The notes under the pieces: model-generated
What the model was told of the DNA's origin: nothing
Seen by the model: the letters and a program-made list of their open reading frames with translations, nothing else
Databases searched by the model: none
Shown: positions 31,119-43,200 of the stretch, in pieces
Position numbering within the stretch: the first letter of the stretch is position 1
Layout of the letters: each line of letters opens with the position of its first letter
NCBI GenBank assembly: GCA_023205875.1
Contig: CP060772.1
Location: forward strand, 248,001 to 312,000
Reading direction: 5' to 3'
Origin: Chloropicon primus
Taxonomy: Eukaryota
DNA length: 64,000 bases
Made by a program: the position numbers and the translations under genes

Positions 31119-31820
31119 GCTGACAAGATGATGATGATGATGTTGTTGTTGTTGATGATGATGATGATGGTGAACTGCTTCGCTCCGTCTCACTTCGATG
31201 CGAGGGAAGGAACGAGAGACGAATGAGGTGAAGACAGGAAGCTTCTCTTCCACGTGCCGTGATCGTCCCTCTCCCTCTTGAGACCCTGCGCTCGGGACCG
31301 TCACCCTCTGCCTCTCCTCTTCTCGAGACAAGGCCTCAAAGCCACTTGCTCTTCGTAGAAGAAAATCCTCACCACTGGGTCAAATCTTACAAGCAAGCAC
31401 TCGAAAGAAAGATAAAGAGACGAAGATTCCTCCTGTCGTATCCTTCTCCTCCCGTTACCCCTCCGCTCGCCTCCCCTCCTCCTCCTCTCTCTCTCTCTCT
31501 CTCTCTCAAAAACAAAAACGCTTTTCTCGAGTTCAGATTTGAACTTTTGTTTTTAACCTTGGATTGTTTGTTTGTGTGGTCGGAGGAGGAGGAAGCGTAC
31601 ATCGTAGTTTGGAGGACGTTTCTTGCGCTTTAGGGGGGTTCAAAAAGCGCAGGGACCCGGACCACGCCAAACTACGTCTCAAGAGCTTTCCAAAGAGCCC
31701 TCCCTTGACCCTTTTGGCGTCCGGGAAGGGTCGAGGCTCGACGACCTCGCTCAAAAAGTAACGTACGAGAGAGCGTTGGGGCGGATTGGGGACACCGTAG
31801 GTTCTCGGGCGTCGGCAACG

Positions 31821-33194
31821 ATGAGGTTGACTTCTAAGGCTGGAGTATGCCTCCTGTTGGTAGTTTTACTCGTCGCCGCGGCCTCGTCGCCGCATCTCGT
31901 GGCTTGCCAAAGTCCTCCCAAGCCCTCCGAGGAGGCCTTGTCCCAGCAGCAGCAGCAGCAGCAGGAGCAGGACAAGAAGGCGGCAGTCGAGGAGACGCCA
32001 GCCAGGAAGACGCCAGCCAGGAAGACGCCAGCCAGGAAGACGCCAGCCAAGAAGCGGACTGGCGGCGAGAACGTCCTGTTCAAGTTCGTCTTCGAAACAA
32101 AGGGGAAGAACATCATGTTTGACGCGGGCTCCATCAAAAGATTCTCGACGATGGCGACGGACTTTCTTCAGTCAGGGTTCTCGCCCTCCCCGCCGTGCTC
32201 GAGTGCCATCTTGGCCGCCACGTCCAACTGCGCTTGGGAGATAGACACCCTTGGGGACGACATGCTGGCGGTGAGAGGCAGCATCAACCTCCTGGCGGAG
32301 GCCCTCCTGGAGGGGGGAGTCCCGAGGGAGGTCCTGTTCGAGGAGATGAGGAGACAGCTTTCCGTGGCGAGCATCGAACCGAAGAAGGCCGTGTCCTCCT
32401 TCTCGGACAGGTCCACGGAGGTGGTCGGGTCCATGGGCCCGGAGGTGGTGCAAGCTGGCCCGGGGTCCGTCGTGCTAGGGGTGTCGGAGGACCCAGAGGG
32501 GCTCAACGGCCCCGGCATCGCGGGGGTGGGGCAGGAGGCCACCGACGACGTAGCCGCTTTGGCCGCCGTGGGAATCGATTTGGGAAGGAGGCTAAGGGAG
32601 GCCATGGTCTACATGATGAGGGAAGAGGGGCGAGATTTGGTGATCCCTGATCTCGGAGTCCTGGTGTCGGGATACGTTTACCCGGGCGAGAATGTCGTTA
32701 CCCCTGATATTTACGACCTCATTGCCGCCAGTGCGTCTGTGAGAGAGGCGTGCTGCTCGAGCGTGAACACTCTCCTCCGCTACTCGACCTGCTTGTGCGA
32801 CAAAGGCCCGCTGGGAATCTTTCTGAAGAGCAGTTGGGGGGAGGTGGACCCCAAGTCCAGGGCGGCTTTCAAGTCCATCAGCGAGGCGAAGTGCAAGGGA
32901 ATCATCACTCTGCCGGCGAACTTTCAGAGCATGGATTCCCTGGGGGAGCTCGATGAGACGAAGGTCTGCAAGTGCAAAACTCTCTTGGAACGCCTGGAAG
33001 GCGAAGCTAGGAGGGCGATGGGGGACCAGCAGACCAGCATGCCGTCGCCGATGCAGGGCATACAGCCTTTGGACGCCCCCCTGCGGTTCGAGAGCTTGGC
33101 ATCCGCAAGGAGTTTCTTCACCGAGCAGCGGATCGACAACACGGGCGGGGGGGACGACGAGACCGCAAGGTTGATCCGGGAGACGTGCACTTGA
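31821..33194 (+). CDS. Hypothetical secreted protein with Cys-rich segments and TPARK repeats
   Basis: Signal-peptide-like MRLTSKAGVCLLLVVLLVAAA, GC3-biased ORF, CC..CLC..C motif. TGTAA at 33272. Confidence 0.7.
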   Translation: MRLTSKAGVCLLLVVLLVAAASSPHLVACQSPPKPSEEALSQQQQQQQEQDKKAAVEETPARKTPARKTPARKTPAKKRTGGENVLFKFVFETKGKNIMFDAGSIKRFSTMATDFLQSGFSPSPPCSSAILAATSNCAWEIDTLGDDMLAVRGSINLLAEALLEGGVPREVLFEEMRRQLSVASIEPKKAVSSFSDRSTEVVGSMGPEVVQAGPGSVVLGVSEDPEGLNGPGIAGVGQEATDDVAALAAVGIDLGRRLREAMVYMMREEGRDLVIPDLGVLVSGYVYPGENVVTPDIYDLIAASASVREACCSSVNTLLRYSTCLCDKGPLGIFLKSSWGEVDPKSRAAFKSISEAKCKGIITLPANFQSMDSLGELDETKVCKCKTLLERLEGEARRAMGDQQTSMPSPMQGIQPLDAPLRFESLASARSFFTEQRIDNTGGGDDETARLIRETCT

Positions 33195-33542
33195 GAGAGG
33201 GACGGGGAGAGAGAGAGAGAGAGAGAGAGAGGGAAGCAGCAAGCAGAGGACGAAACGGGCTATCCCATGCGTGTAACGATAGACATTACCTTGATTTACC
33301 CAAAAGCACTGTCAACCGCTCTTCACCACCACCCACCACCTTCCTCCCCCTCAAGCAAGTGAGGACTCTTTGGAAAGAGCAAGAGCAAGGGAAAGAGAAC
33401 ATGGTGATGATGATGCCCTCCCCTCCATCGCAATCATCCACCAGCCCTCCTCCTCTGATGAGATGAGAAGGACGAGAGAGAGAGAGAGAGAAGGCATCAC
33501 TGAAGCGGAGGGAGTGGTCGATGACATGAGGAGGGGAAGGAG

Positions 33543-34387
33543 ATGAGGAGCGAGAGGGATGCTCAGGAGGACCTTGCTCGTGCGGTGGACCAAGGAGACT
33601 TCATAACCGTCGAGGACCTCATCCTTTCTCAAGGAAATGAGCTTGACCTCGATGCTTCCGATGTGTGGGGAAGTCCATTGCTGTGCAGAGCGGCTCGAAG
33701 GGATGATGACGGTGGAAGGAGGATTGTGAAACTGCTTTGCGATAATGGCTGCGACATCGCGGCAGTTGATTACGGTAAGGGAAATAAAAATGAATCACGA
33801 AAGAGAACTCGATTCCAACCGTCTTTCCATCCATCCAATCCAGAAACCAACCATTAGCCAGAGGATGGATGGATGGTTGGATTGGATGGAGTGGCTAGTC
33901 TCTCACTTTTGCTGAAGGATTCGATTGGATTGGATCGTCATTCCTCGTGCCGTGTTGCTGATCGGATGGCTTGTCTTGTTCGTTTCTGCTCTCAGGAAAG
34001 TTGAGAACGACGGCACTTCATGCTGCTTGCCTTCGAGGCGATGTGCACTGTGTCGAGATCATTCTCCAAGGGATTGTGAATTCAAGAGGAAGGTTTGACC
34101 TGAACGCAATCCTTCAAACGATGCCGTGGTCTGGACGAAGTTGGCACGAGCTCGTCCACAAGCATGTGGATAAGCGGGAGACAGAGGAAGGTCTTGTGGG
34201 ACAAAGCTTTGTGGTGATGGCAATTACCAAGCCTGATTTCTCAAGAGAGACTGCAAAGTTTTTTCCGAAAAAGCTCAAGTTTGCTGCACAAACGCTTCTT
34301 TGCATTGCCGACAGGATCTCCCTGAACGAGGACCTTGTCCTGATGATACTGACGCGAGCCGCGTACCCGCTCTCCTCGTGGCTTTGA
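33543..34387 (+). CDS. Ankyrin repeat protein; exons 33543-33774 and 33996-34387
   Basis: GSPLLCRAA...IVKLLCDNGCDI and TALHAACLRGDVHCVEIIL. Intron GTAAGG(33775)...CAG(33995) joins them in frame. Confidence 0.75.
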
Positions 34388-34459
34388 CTTGTTCTCTGCT
34401 AACGTGTTGTGTGTTGTTGTGTATATTAAAGATTAAGATCCGATCGTCGTTGCCGTCCG

Positions 34460-36742
34460 TTACACTTCCTCGATGCACCTGTCGACCAACGCAGACTGCG
34501 CCTCGTCCAAAAGAAATTCCACGACGTTGTCCTCTCCCAATATTTTCTCCCTTAGCTCTGACCTGAGGTACACCAGCGAGACCTGAATCAACTTGTGAGC
34601 CTTGAGGTTCATGGAGGACAGCCTGATGCACTCGATGAGAGACTTGATGGCAATCTTCGTGATCCCGCAAAGGATCGCACCTCTCTCGGCGTCCACCTTG
34701 GCGCCGAAGATCTGGATCTTCTCGGCAAAAAGTCGATCCACGTTCCTTTCCACCCTGCTCGTAGACGGGTTTCTCTGGTGCTGCTCCTTGGAGAGGGCCA
34801 TCTTTCTACTATCCTCGCTGATGACTTGGCTGACGACCGCCTCGATGGCCCGGATGTCCTCGCAAATCTTTTTGAAGACCGGGTAGACCTCCTCCGCTTC
34901 GTGCTCGTACGACAGCCAGTCGAACTTCTCCAGCATGCTGATCCGGATCAGTTGGCTCAGACCTCTGCCCTTCAACGCCACGTACTTCTCCAGGTGGAAG
35001 TCGGACAGGCTTGCGAAGCTCTCCACCAAGGCCCGCCTTCTGCTGTCCCGCTCGCTCGCCTGCCCGCCCCGAACAAAGACGTTCCCCAGCACCTTCTCCG
35101 TGTAAGGGACGAGGACGTCGGCGTAATTGGTTGCTAACCGAGAGAAGAACAGGGAGTCCTCCTCACTCTTCCTCTCGGGAGATTCCAAAGTCCTCAGGCC
35201 TGCCTCAATCGACAGCAGGGTCTGGTTGCAGCCCTCTTCGACGAGCATGACAAACGCATCCTGCCAGTGCCCAATCAAAGTGGACCCGTCCCTTTGAAGA
35301 CCCTGCATGTCAACCAAAAACTTTTCCACGGCCTTGCACAGGCTGTCTGTCACTCGCTGCAGGTTGGACGACATCGTGCCCTCACCCGATGACCCAAAGC
35401 TGGTCGATCTCTCCATAAGCGCTTTCTCGAGCTCCATGAACTTGCCGCCAACGTAATTCCTCAGCGAGCATTCGATGCTGCCAAGTATTCCCTGATGAAT
35501 CTCGTCGAATTGCCTAAAGTTCCTCTGAACGGTCTCAAACGTCTTGTCGATCGTCGTCAAAACTTCCAGCAAGACTTTGGGGCTCACCAAACTCTTCACG
35601 GGGTGGGTCAGCACGAACTTCTTCGTCGTCGCCACTGCGCTCGAAAGAACTGTCTCCAAAATCTTGTCAAATTTTCCGGCGTTGTCCACAGCCACTGCCA
35701 TGCCCTCTCCTTCGCTCAAGAACATGCCCCTGTACTGCTGTTGCAGCTTAAGAGCGGACGGAATGAACGAAGCCTCCAACGTTGAGAATGACTCTACCAC
35801 CTCGGACGCCGGCGGCTCGGCGGTTTGAGGGAGGTTCCCCATGCAGCCGTATTCTTCCAAAACCTTTGTCGCTTTCGAAGCGATGTCCTCCAGCTGAACC
35901 TTCGAGCTAGACAAGAAGGCGTCCTCGAGCTCCGTCACCGTCTCGCCTAGCTGTCTCAGGAAGTTGATCACGTCAACGTTGTTGTCGGGATCACTCCTCA
36001 GCTTCTCCTTGAGCAGGCCCACCAACTCCTTCTGGCAATCCTCCATCTCACCCTTCACCTGCGACAACGCCGCATTCCCCTCATTCGCATGCATCTCCAG
36101 GAAAGGCTTCGACGACGAAACGTACTTCACTGCCACGCCAAGAGCCCCCCTCTCCATACTCAGCCTGCACTTTTGAGGCAGTTCGAACACCTCGTTCAGC
36201 TTCGACATGACATCCCTCACCGTGTTCAGCTCGTCGAACCTCGCACGCCTCATCTCCATCTTCCCATCCACAACAGCATTCTTCTCCGCAATTGTTTTGA
36301 TCTTGTCCTTCACCAAGCTCATCTTCGTCTCCATGCCGTCTACCTTGGTTCTCATGTTCCTTATCGTGTCCGTCGCAGCGATGAACTTGGAATAGTTCTC
36401 GTACACGAGCGACTGCAGTTCCCCATCACATTGCTTCACTTCACTCTGAAGCTTCACCTCCCGATCAAGAAGCTCGTCCAATCGCGTCTGCTCCAGCAAC
36501 CGATGAAAGTAACTCGAACAATCGAAGTTGTCACTATCCAAGTTCACCTTTCCCTTGGCATGACTTGGCCTCTCTCTCTGTCCTTGGCCAACATAACCAT
36601 CACCTTCACCACCTCCGCTTTCGCCGTCCTCGCCGTCTAGCGAATAGTACGATGCCAGGAGTGACCGCACCCTCTGTGCCTTCTCGTCGAGGTCTTTCCC
36701 TGACGATGGACTCGGTGAAGGGCTCGCCATCCCTCTGTCCAT
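34460..36742 (-). CDS. VPS51: GARP/EARP complex subunit Vps51
   Basis: LLASYY, LDSDNFD..SYF..LL, and ELQSLVYENYSKFIAATDTIRNM. C-terminal VDRLFAEKIQIF...KIAIKSLIECIRL. Confidence 0.92.
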   Translation of the reverse strand: MDRGMASPSPSPSSGKDLDEKAQRVRSLLASYYSLDGEDGESGGGEGDGYVGQGQRERPSHAKGKVNLDSDNFDCSSYFHRLLEQTRLDELLDREVKLQSEVKQCDGELQSLVYENYSKFIAATDTIRNMRTKVDGMETKMSLVKDKIKTIAEKNAVVDGKMEMRRARFDELNTVRDVMSKLNEVFELPQKCRLSMERGALGVAVKYVSSSKPFLEMHANEGNAALSQVKGEMEDCQKELVGLLKEKLRSDPDNNVDVINFLRQLGETVTELEDAFLSSSKVQLEDIASKATKVLEEYGCMGNLPQTAEPPASEVVESFSTLEASFIPSALKLQQQYRGMFLSEGEGMAVAVDNAGKFDKILETVLSSAVATTKKFVLTHPVKSLVSPKVLLEVLTTIDKTFETVQRNFRQFDEIHQGILGSIECSLRNYVGGKFMELEKALMERSTSFGSSGEGTMSSNLQRVTDSLCKAVEKFLVDMQGLQRDGSTLIGHWQDAFVMLVEEGCNQTLLSIEAGLRTLESPERKSEEDSLFFSRLATNYADVLVPYTEKVLGNVFVRGGQASERDSRRRALVESFASLSDFHLEKYVALKGRGLSQLIRISMLEKFDWLSYEHEAEEVYPVFKKICEDIRAIEAVVSQVISEDSRKMALSKEQHQRNPSTSRVERNVDRLFAEKIQIFGAKVDAERGAILCGITKIAIKSLIECIRLSSMNLKAHKLIQVSLVYLRSELREKILGEDNVVEFLLDEAQSALVDRCIEEV

Positions 36743-37309
36743 TCAGCATCAACAGCAACAAACGAAACACGAAACCATGATGGAGGAAGCTTTCAGTCTC
36801 AGCACTCGACTCAAATGGGAGAGAAACAGATCGAGTGAGGTGTCGTTCGAAAGATCATGTGAAGACGCATCTTTTGGTCTCATCGCCTTCCCTTGGCATC
36901 TCCCTTGGCGCCGACTACGCCCTTTGGTAACTCACCTCTTTGCCCTTTTCCTTCCTCGACCTCGCTCTCCTCAAAATCTGAGGGCAGCAAGCAGACGAGC
37001 GATTGAGAGAGAGAGAGAGAGAGAGAGGAGAGAGCGATGCGTGCGTTGGTGAAGGAGGGGAGTAATGGAGTGGAGAGTGGTTCAGGTGGAAGATTCATCG
37101 TCTTAACTTTCCAATGAGCATTCACTTAAAAGGAATGGAGCAGTGCACGAGGGATGGAGAAGTAGCTTTTGATTCTGTTGACTCTGGATGGGGGAGAACA
37201 CGCCGGACCAGCCGGCGGATGTGGACTGTGTCTTGGAATGAAAGTGTGAACTCTTCTAAGCTTATTGTTTGTCCGTGTGTGTGTGTGTGTGTGTGTGTGT
37301 GCTGAACAC

Positions 37310-39144
37310 TCAAGCGTCGATCAGGGTTGGCTCGTAATCGCTTGGAGCCTCGTAGCCACAAAGGTTGATGAAAGTCGCAGTGATGCTGGCGATTCCCGCC
37401 TTTGGAAGGTCCTCCCTCATCTTCACGCTATCCTTCAAGCCGGCCCCTCCGACAGCAACCATCACAGGAGCAAGGGTGTGGGAAGTGAGGGCCATGTTGT
37501 TCCCATCCGCGTCCGTCAGGGGCTGCCCAGTCTTCTTGTTCCTCTGCACCATGTCGTCCGCATTCCCGTGGTCACTGCAAACGAGGTAAACCCCCCCGAG
37601 CTTGTCGACCTCCGCGAGGAGCTCTCCGAGACACTTGTCGCAGGTCTCGCAAGCCCTGATCGTAGCCTCGAGGGACCCGGTGTGACCGACCATGTCCGGG
37701 CTGGCATAGTTGATCCTCAGGAGGTCGTAACGGCCGCTCTTGAGCGCGGCGATGCCGGCCTCCGTGATCTCCCTGGTCTTCATGTCCGGCTTCTCGTTGA
37801 AGGGGCACTTGTCAGAGGGAATCTCCACGTAAGTCTCCCTCTTCTCGTCGAAATAGCCGCTCCTGTTGCCGTTCCAAAAGAATGTGACGTGACCGAACTT
37901 CTGGGTCTCGCTGCACGCGAAAATCGACAAGCCGTTCTTCACCATGTACTCGCCGCTCGTCTTCTCGATGAAAGGTGGAGGCACGAGGTAGTTCGCGGGA
38001 AGCTTCAAGTCGCCGTCGTACTGCAGCATGCCGGCGAACTTGAGGTTCTTTGGGTAGCGGACTCGGTCGAAACTGGTAAAGTTCTCGTACTCAAAGGCCT
38101 TGCTGATCTCGACCATCCTGTCCGATCTGTAGTTGAAGAGCACGACGGCGTCGTTGTCCTGGATCGTTCCAACCGCGTCGCCGGTCTTCTCGTCCACGAT
38201 GACAAAGGGCTCAAGGAACTGGTCGTTCGCCTTTGGGAGCTTCCTGAGCTCGGTCACCGCTTCCACGGCGCTGGTGAACTTGTGCGGCGCCTCTCCGAGG
38301 ACGTGGGCCTTCCAGCCCCTCTCCACGATGCCCCAGTCCGCCTCGTACCTGTCCATGGTGACGTGCATCCTCCCCCCACCAGAAGCGATGAGAGCGTCGC
38401 AGCCCTTGGCCCTGAGATCCTCCAAGTCCTTCTCCAACTGACCGACAAACTCGATGCTCGTTCCGTCGGGCACGTCCCTTCCATCCGTCAGAACGTGGAG
38501 CCTGATTCTCTTCGCCCCGGCCTCGAAGGACCCTCGGAAAAGCTGCTTGAGCTGCTCGTACCGGGCGTGAACTCCTCCGTTGCTCAGCAGCCCAATGAGG
38601 TGAAGGGTTCCTCCGGCAACGAAAGCTTGCTTGACGTGGTTAAAGCCGTCGCCCTTGAAGAGATCGCCGGACTCCAACGCAGCATCCACCAGGCTCGCGC
38701 CTTGCTTGTACACCTTTCCAGAGCCTGAAAGGAGGGGGAGGAGACAGACAGAAAGAGAGAGAGACAGAGAGAGAAGGGAAGGGAAGAGGGTCAGAACACG
38801 GAAGGCCTGTGGGGTGGAGTCTGGGAGAGAGATCGTTTAAGAAAGGACAACGACGACGACGACGGCATACCTATGGCGTTGTGGCCAACCTCGCTGTTGC
38901 CCATGTCATCATCAGAGGGCAGCCCAACCCAAGTCCCATGAGCCTGAACAAATCTGCAACGTTGTGCATTGGCACGAAGCTTATCCACGTTTGGTGTCCT
39001 CGCACTATGCACCGCGTTGTACTGGTCCTTGTGCTTGTTCTCCCCGAACCCGTCAAGTATGCAAACCACGCAAGGCTTCCCCCTGGGCAAAACGGAGTGA
39101 GGCTTGAGCTTGAACTCCTCCGGACAATTCAATCCATCTGCCAT
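37310..39144 (-). CDS. gpmI: 2,3-bisphosphoglycerate-independent phosphoglycerate mutase; exons 39144-38871 and 38724-37310
   Basis: ILDGFG, MGNSEVGHNAIG, LSNGGVH, TDGRD, MDRYE, SETQKFGHVTFFWNG, DMVGHTG, DHGNA and SHT. Intron 38725-38870 is GT-AG. Confidence 0.96.
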
Positions 39145-40291
39145 CCTCAATCAAATGATGAAACCTCCTTGGCTGAGTCATGAGCCAAAGCATGAAACCA
39201 GAAACAAACAACACAAAACGCTTTTTAGTTTTTTTTTCCTGTGCGAAAAAAAGGGAACAAACGGGAGGATGAGTCATGTCTCGCGCTCGAGCGTTACGCG
39301 GATGTTCCATTTCGTAACGCTTCGGGAACACGTACCTCGATGTGCGTTGTGCGTTGGTGCTTGTGGGTTCACTGCTTCCTGTTGGGTTTTGTGATGGAGG
39401 AAAGAAGAAGAGAGAAGAGACCATTCGGTCAACAACAACAACAAAAAAAAAAACAAAGCCAGTGATGGTAGGCATGCGACAGGTCGTTGGAAAGATCTCG
39501 AGATGGTGGATCGAATCCTACGACTCCCTCTGTCTCTCCTCCAATAACTCGACCGCTGCGCCTCTCAGTAACAAACTCACTCACTCACTCTTCAACCGCC
39601 GACGGACGCACGTGCGCTTTATCCTGTTAGTTTCACATTTGCTTGTAGTACTATTCTTTGTACGACTACGAAGGGCGCGCCATTTTTACGACAGAAAACC
39701 GAAGCGATCGATCGGTCGGGAGAGAGAGAGAGAAGGAGGGAGAAGGGAGGACGAGGACGAGGAGGAGGGTGGCGAAGGGTTCGGCAAAAGGAAGCTTCTT
39801 GTCCCGATCTTTCTTTTAAGCCCTCGATTGAAGATTTTGGCGTCCTGTGGAGGATTTGGAACCCAAGGGAGGACGAGGTGCGTACGATGATCCCCATTCT
39901 CCAGAGAAAGAGAGAGGACGAGGAGGACGAGAAGGACGAGGAGGAGGGGAGCGAGGGTTACGTTTGATCGATCGTTTGTCTCTTGATCTTTCGATCGATT
40001 ACTCGCACGAAGCGAACGACGCTTTGGCGGATCTTTGGAGAGATGAGACTCGAAACAAACTTTTCTTCTAACAACACCCTGCATGCATTTCCTCTCTCTC
40101 TCTCCCTTTGTCTCTGTGTGTGTGTGTGTGTGTTCCAAACCAGAGAACGTACTTCATGTAACGGCAGAACGAGCGTTACGTTTTCGAGGAGATTTTTTTT
40201 GTTTGGAATTCTTTTCTCCCCGGTGCTTTGTGGTGGTAGTTGAGCCATCGTCATCGTCATCATCGTCGTCATCATCGTCCAAGGTGAGGTC

Positions 40292-43200
40292 ATGACGCAG
40301 CAGGAAGGGAGTGAAGGTGTGGAGGGGGTTTGTGCTCCGTCATCGTCGAAAGACGGGAATGGGATGGGCAAGGTGTGTTCCAAAACGAAGGGAGGAGCCC
40401 TGGGTTCCCTTGGAGGGTTTGCTGCGTTGAACACTCGTGCGGGCGGAGGCGTCGTGCCGGCGAGTGCGGAACACGCGGAGGGAGGGGAGGGAGGGACGCT
40501 TGTGGCGAGCGTCTCTCGAAGGAACGCGAACAGGATTGAGGAGGAGGACGAGGAAGCGAATTGGGCCAGGGAGGCGGAGGAGAGCGCGGTCAGGCTCAAG
40601 GTCGAGAAGGCGTTCAAGCACATCCGGAGCGGCGAGCTCGCCAAGGCGAAGGAGGCGTTCGAGGAGGTTCTTGGGGAGAAACTGAAGCACGAGAAGCAGG
40701 GCGGCGAGGAAGGCTCGAGAGACGAGAGGCCGTCCACGAGCAAAACGATCAAGCAGCTGAGATTTGTCGCAGCAAGAAACCTCGCCAAGCTGCTGGAGGA
40801 AGAGAGCAAGAAGGCACAAGGAGAGGGCCTCCAGCTGAAGCAGAAGGCCCTCGATCTGTACGTGGACGCCGTGGGCTACGATGCCAAGGACGTCGTCGTT
40901 TGGCACAGGCTGGGCTCCTTGGCTCTGGAGATGGGGAACTTCGTGCTGACACGGTTTGCGTTCTCCCGGGGCCTCTCCCTCAGCCCAAACCACCCCCTCC
41001 TGCTGGACAAGTACTTGAGCTTGTGCACGGTCCTGGGCGACAAGGTGAACGCGACTGTTGCCGCAAAGCGCATCGTGGCTGTGAACCCGAGGCACGAAAC
41101 GGCCCTCTCTTGGTTGGTCCGCGGCGGTGAGAGGACTGAAGCAGGAGGAAAGGACGTGGAAATGGAAGAGGTTGGGACACCGTCGAAAGACGGCGGGAAG
41201 GGCAAGGGGAAGAGCAACAACGGAGATAGTGCCATATCCTTGCCTGTCGAGGAAGTCCATGTCCAAGTCGTGAAAACGAGCGAGGGCTCCGTCGGGGACG
41301 TGCTGAGGAAGCTCCTGGAGGTCTGGAAGGTGAACCAGAAGCTGAACGGCCAATTGGTGTACGTGAAGCTTGAATTTGATGACGACGACGTGGAGCACCC
41401 GGTCGAGATGGACACGCAGGAAGTTCCGGAAGGGTCCCCAGAGAAGGAGACTGGAGAGAAAGGCCAAGACTCGCCCGCCTCCGAGGGGAGCCCGCCGAAG
41501 GCGACAGAGGAGGCCGAGGGAAAGGAGGGATTGGGAGGCAAAACAGATCAGGCCAAGGAAGACAACCAAAATGGCAAGAAGCGCAAAAAAGCGGAGGACA
41601 AGTCGGAACAGCCTGGGGCGAGGAGATCAAGGAGGGTCAAGACGCTCCAGAAGGAGAAGGAGGAGCAAGAGAAGATTGAAGCGCAGAAAGTGGCTGAAGA
41701 GATCGTGACAATGACGAATCCCAACGACTACAAGTCTCAGCTCGAAGAAAGCATGAAGAGACTCGATGAGATCTCTCAGCAACACTCGAAAACGGATGTT
41801 GAAGTTCTCGAAAGCGTCAAATCCGCGGCAAAACCTTCGGACAAGTTAGAGAGAAGCTTCATGAGAGAGTTCACAGAGGGTCAACACGGGCCAAGGGGAG
41901 TGGAGGACGCGATTGCCAGTCTTGTCACTGCGCTTGCGTCCGGGAAGAACCCTGGGGTCCTGGCGCCAGTCATCCAACAGGAGGGCGTTCGCAAAGCCCT
42001 CAAGGACTCGTACGTTGTTCTCAGGCACTGCGATTTGCATGCGGAGTCCGTGATGCTCCTTCTGGAGGTCTACCTCGACTGCATGCTCGAGGAGAACCAG
42101 AAGAAATCTTGCCCTTCGAAAAGATCAAGACATGACAGCAACAGCAAGACGGGTGCCAAAGTCAGTTTGGAAAGCTCCATGCGTACGTTGGCAGATCGGC
42201 TCAGCACGCAGCTGCTTTTGGAAGCCAAGAAGGATTCCGAAGTCCTTGCTCGCTACTATTGGAACCAAAGCAGATTCCTGAAGGTCGTCAAGGACACTGG
42301 CAAGCTGCAGGAGGAGTACATTGCGAGACTTAAACGAATTCTGCTGCGTGGAACCAGCGATAGCGAGAATAATCCTGCAGGGGGCAGCGCAGAGAAGATG
42401 CACTTTCCGTGGTACAAGCATGACAATCGGATCTCTGTGGCTATCGTCGAACAGATGGCACAGTGCAGCGGCAACATGCTGGACTCGGCTCTGCAGAAGA
42501 GCAAAACCCTGTACAAGGAAGAGAAGTTTGCCGAGGTAGTCGTTGAGCTGGGTGGCGTGATTCGCAAGATGGAGGAGAATACTTTCTTGCCCCTGCAAAC
42601 GCATGACGTCCTGGATGACAAGCTGAACCACTCCGTGTTGACCCTGCTCATGGATGCGGGCCAGAAATCCAAGCATTCTTCCAGAATTGATCTCCTGTGC
42701 GCCGTGAGGCTTCTTCTGGCCGTGTTTGCGAGCAACTCGGAGGACGACGAGATGACTGCATTGCTTCCCACCTCCCTGTCCTGGAATGTCAGGAAGTGCG
42801 CGCACATATTGGCAAACCTGATGAACGAGGACCGCGTAGACGGGATCGACTTTACGAAAGTTCTCTCGGAGCTGCAGTTCATCAAGTCTTGCTTCAAGCG
42901 CCTCCTCCTCAAGTGCTACAGAGATTTGTATGTGAAGCAAGGCGCCCTGAAGCCAGCGAGCAAATTGGAGAACCCGCACTCTTGCAGAAACCAGTTGATT
43001 GATGCCTCCATCTGCCTTTGCGCCATAACTCTGATGGAACTGAAAGCCCAGCCACCAGACAGGGACGCTCAGCCAAAGGAGTGCTTGCTCAGCGACGTGG
43101 TCCGGCTCTTTGGCTCGGTGCACAACATTGTCGTGGAAGTGCAGGCCCACGGGATAAGGGACGGCATCTTTCTGGATTTCGCGTTGCATCAGCTGAAGGT

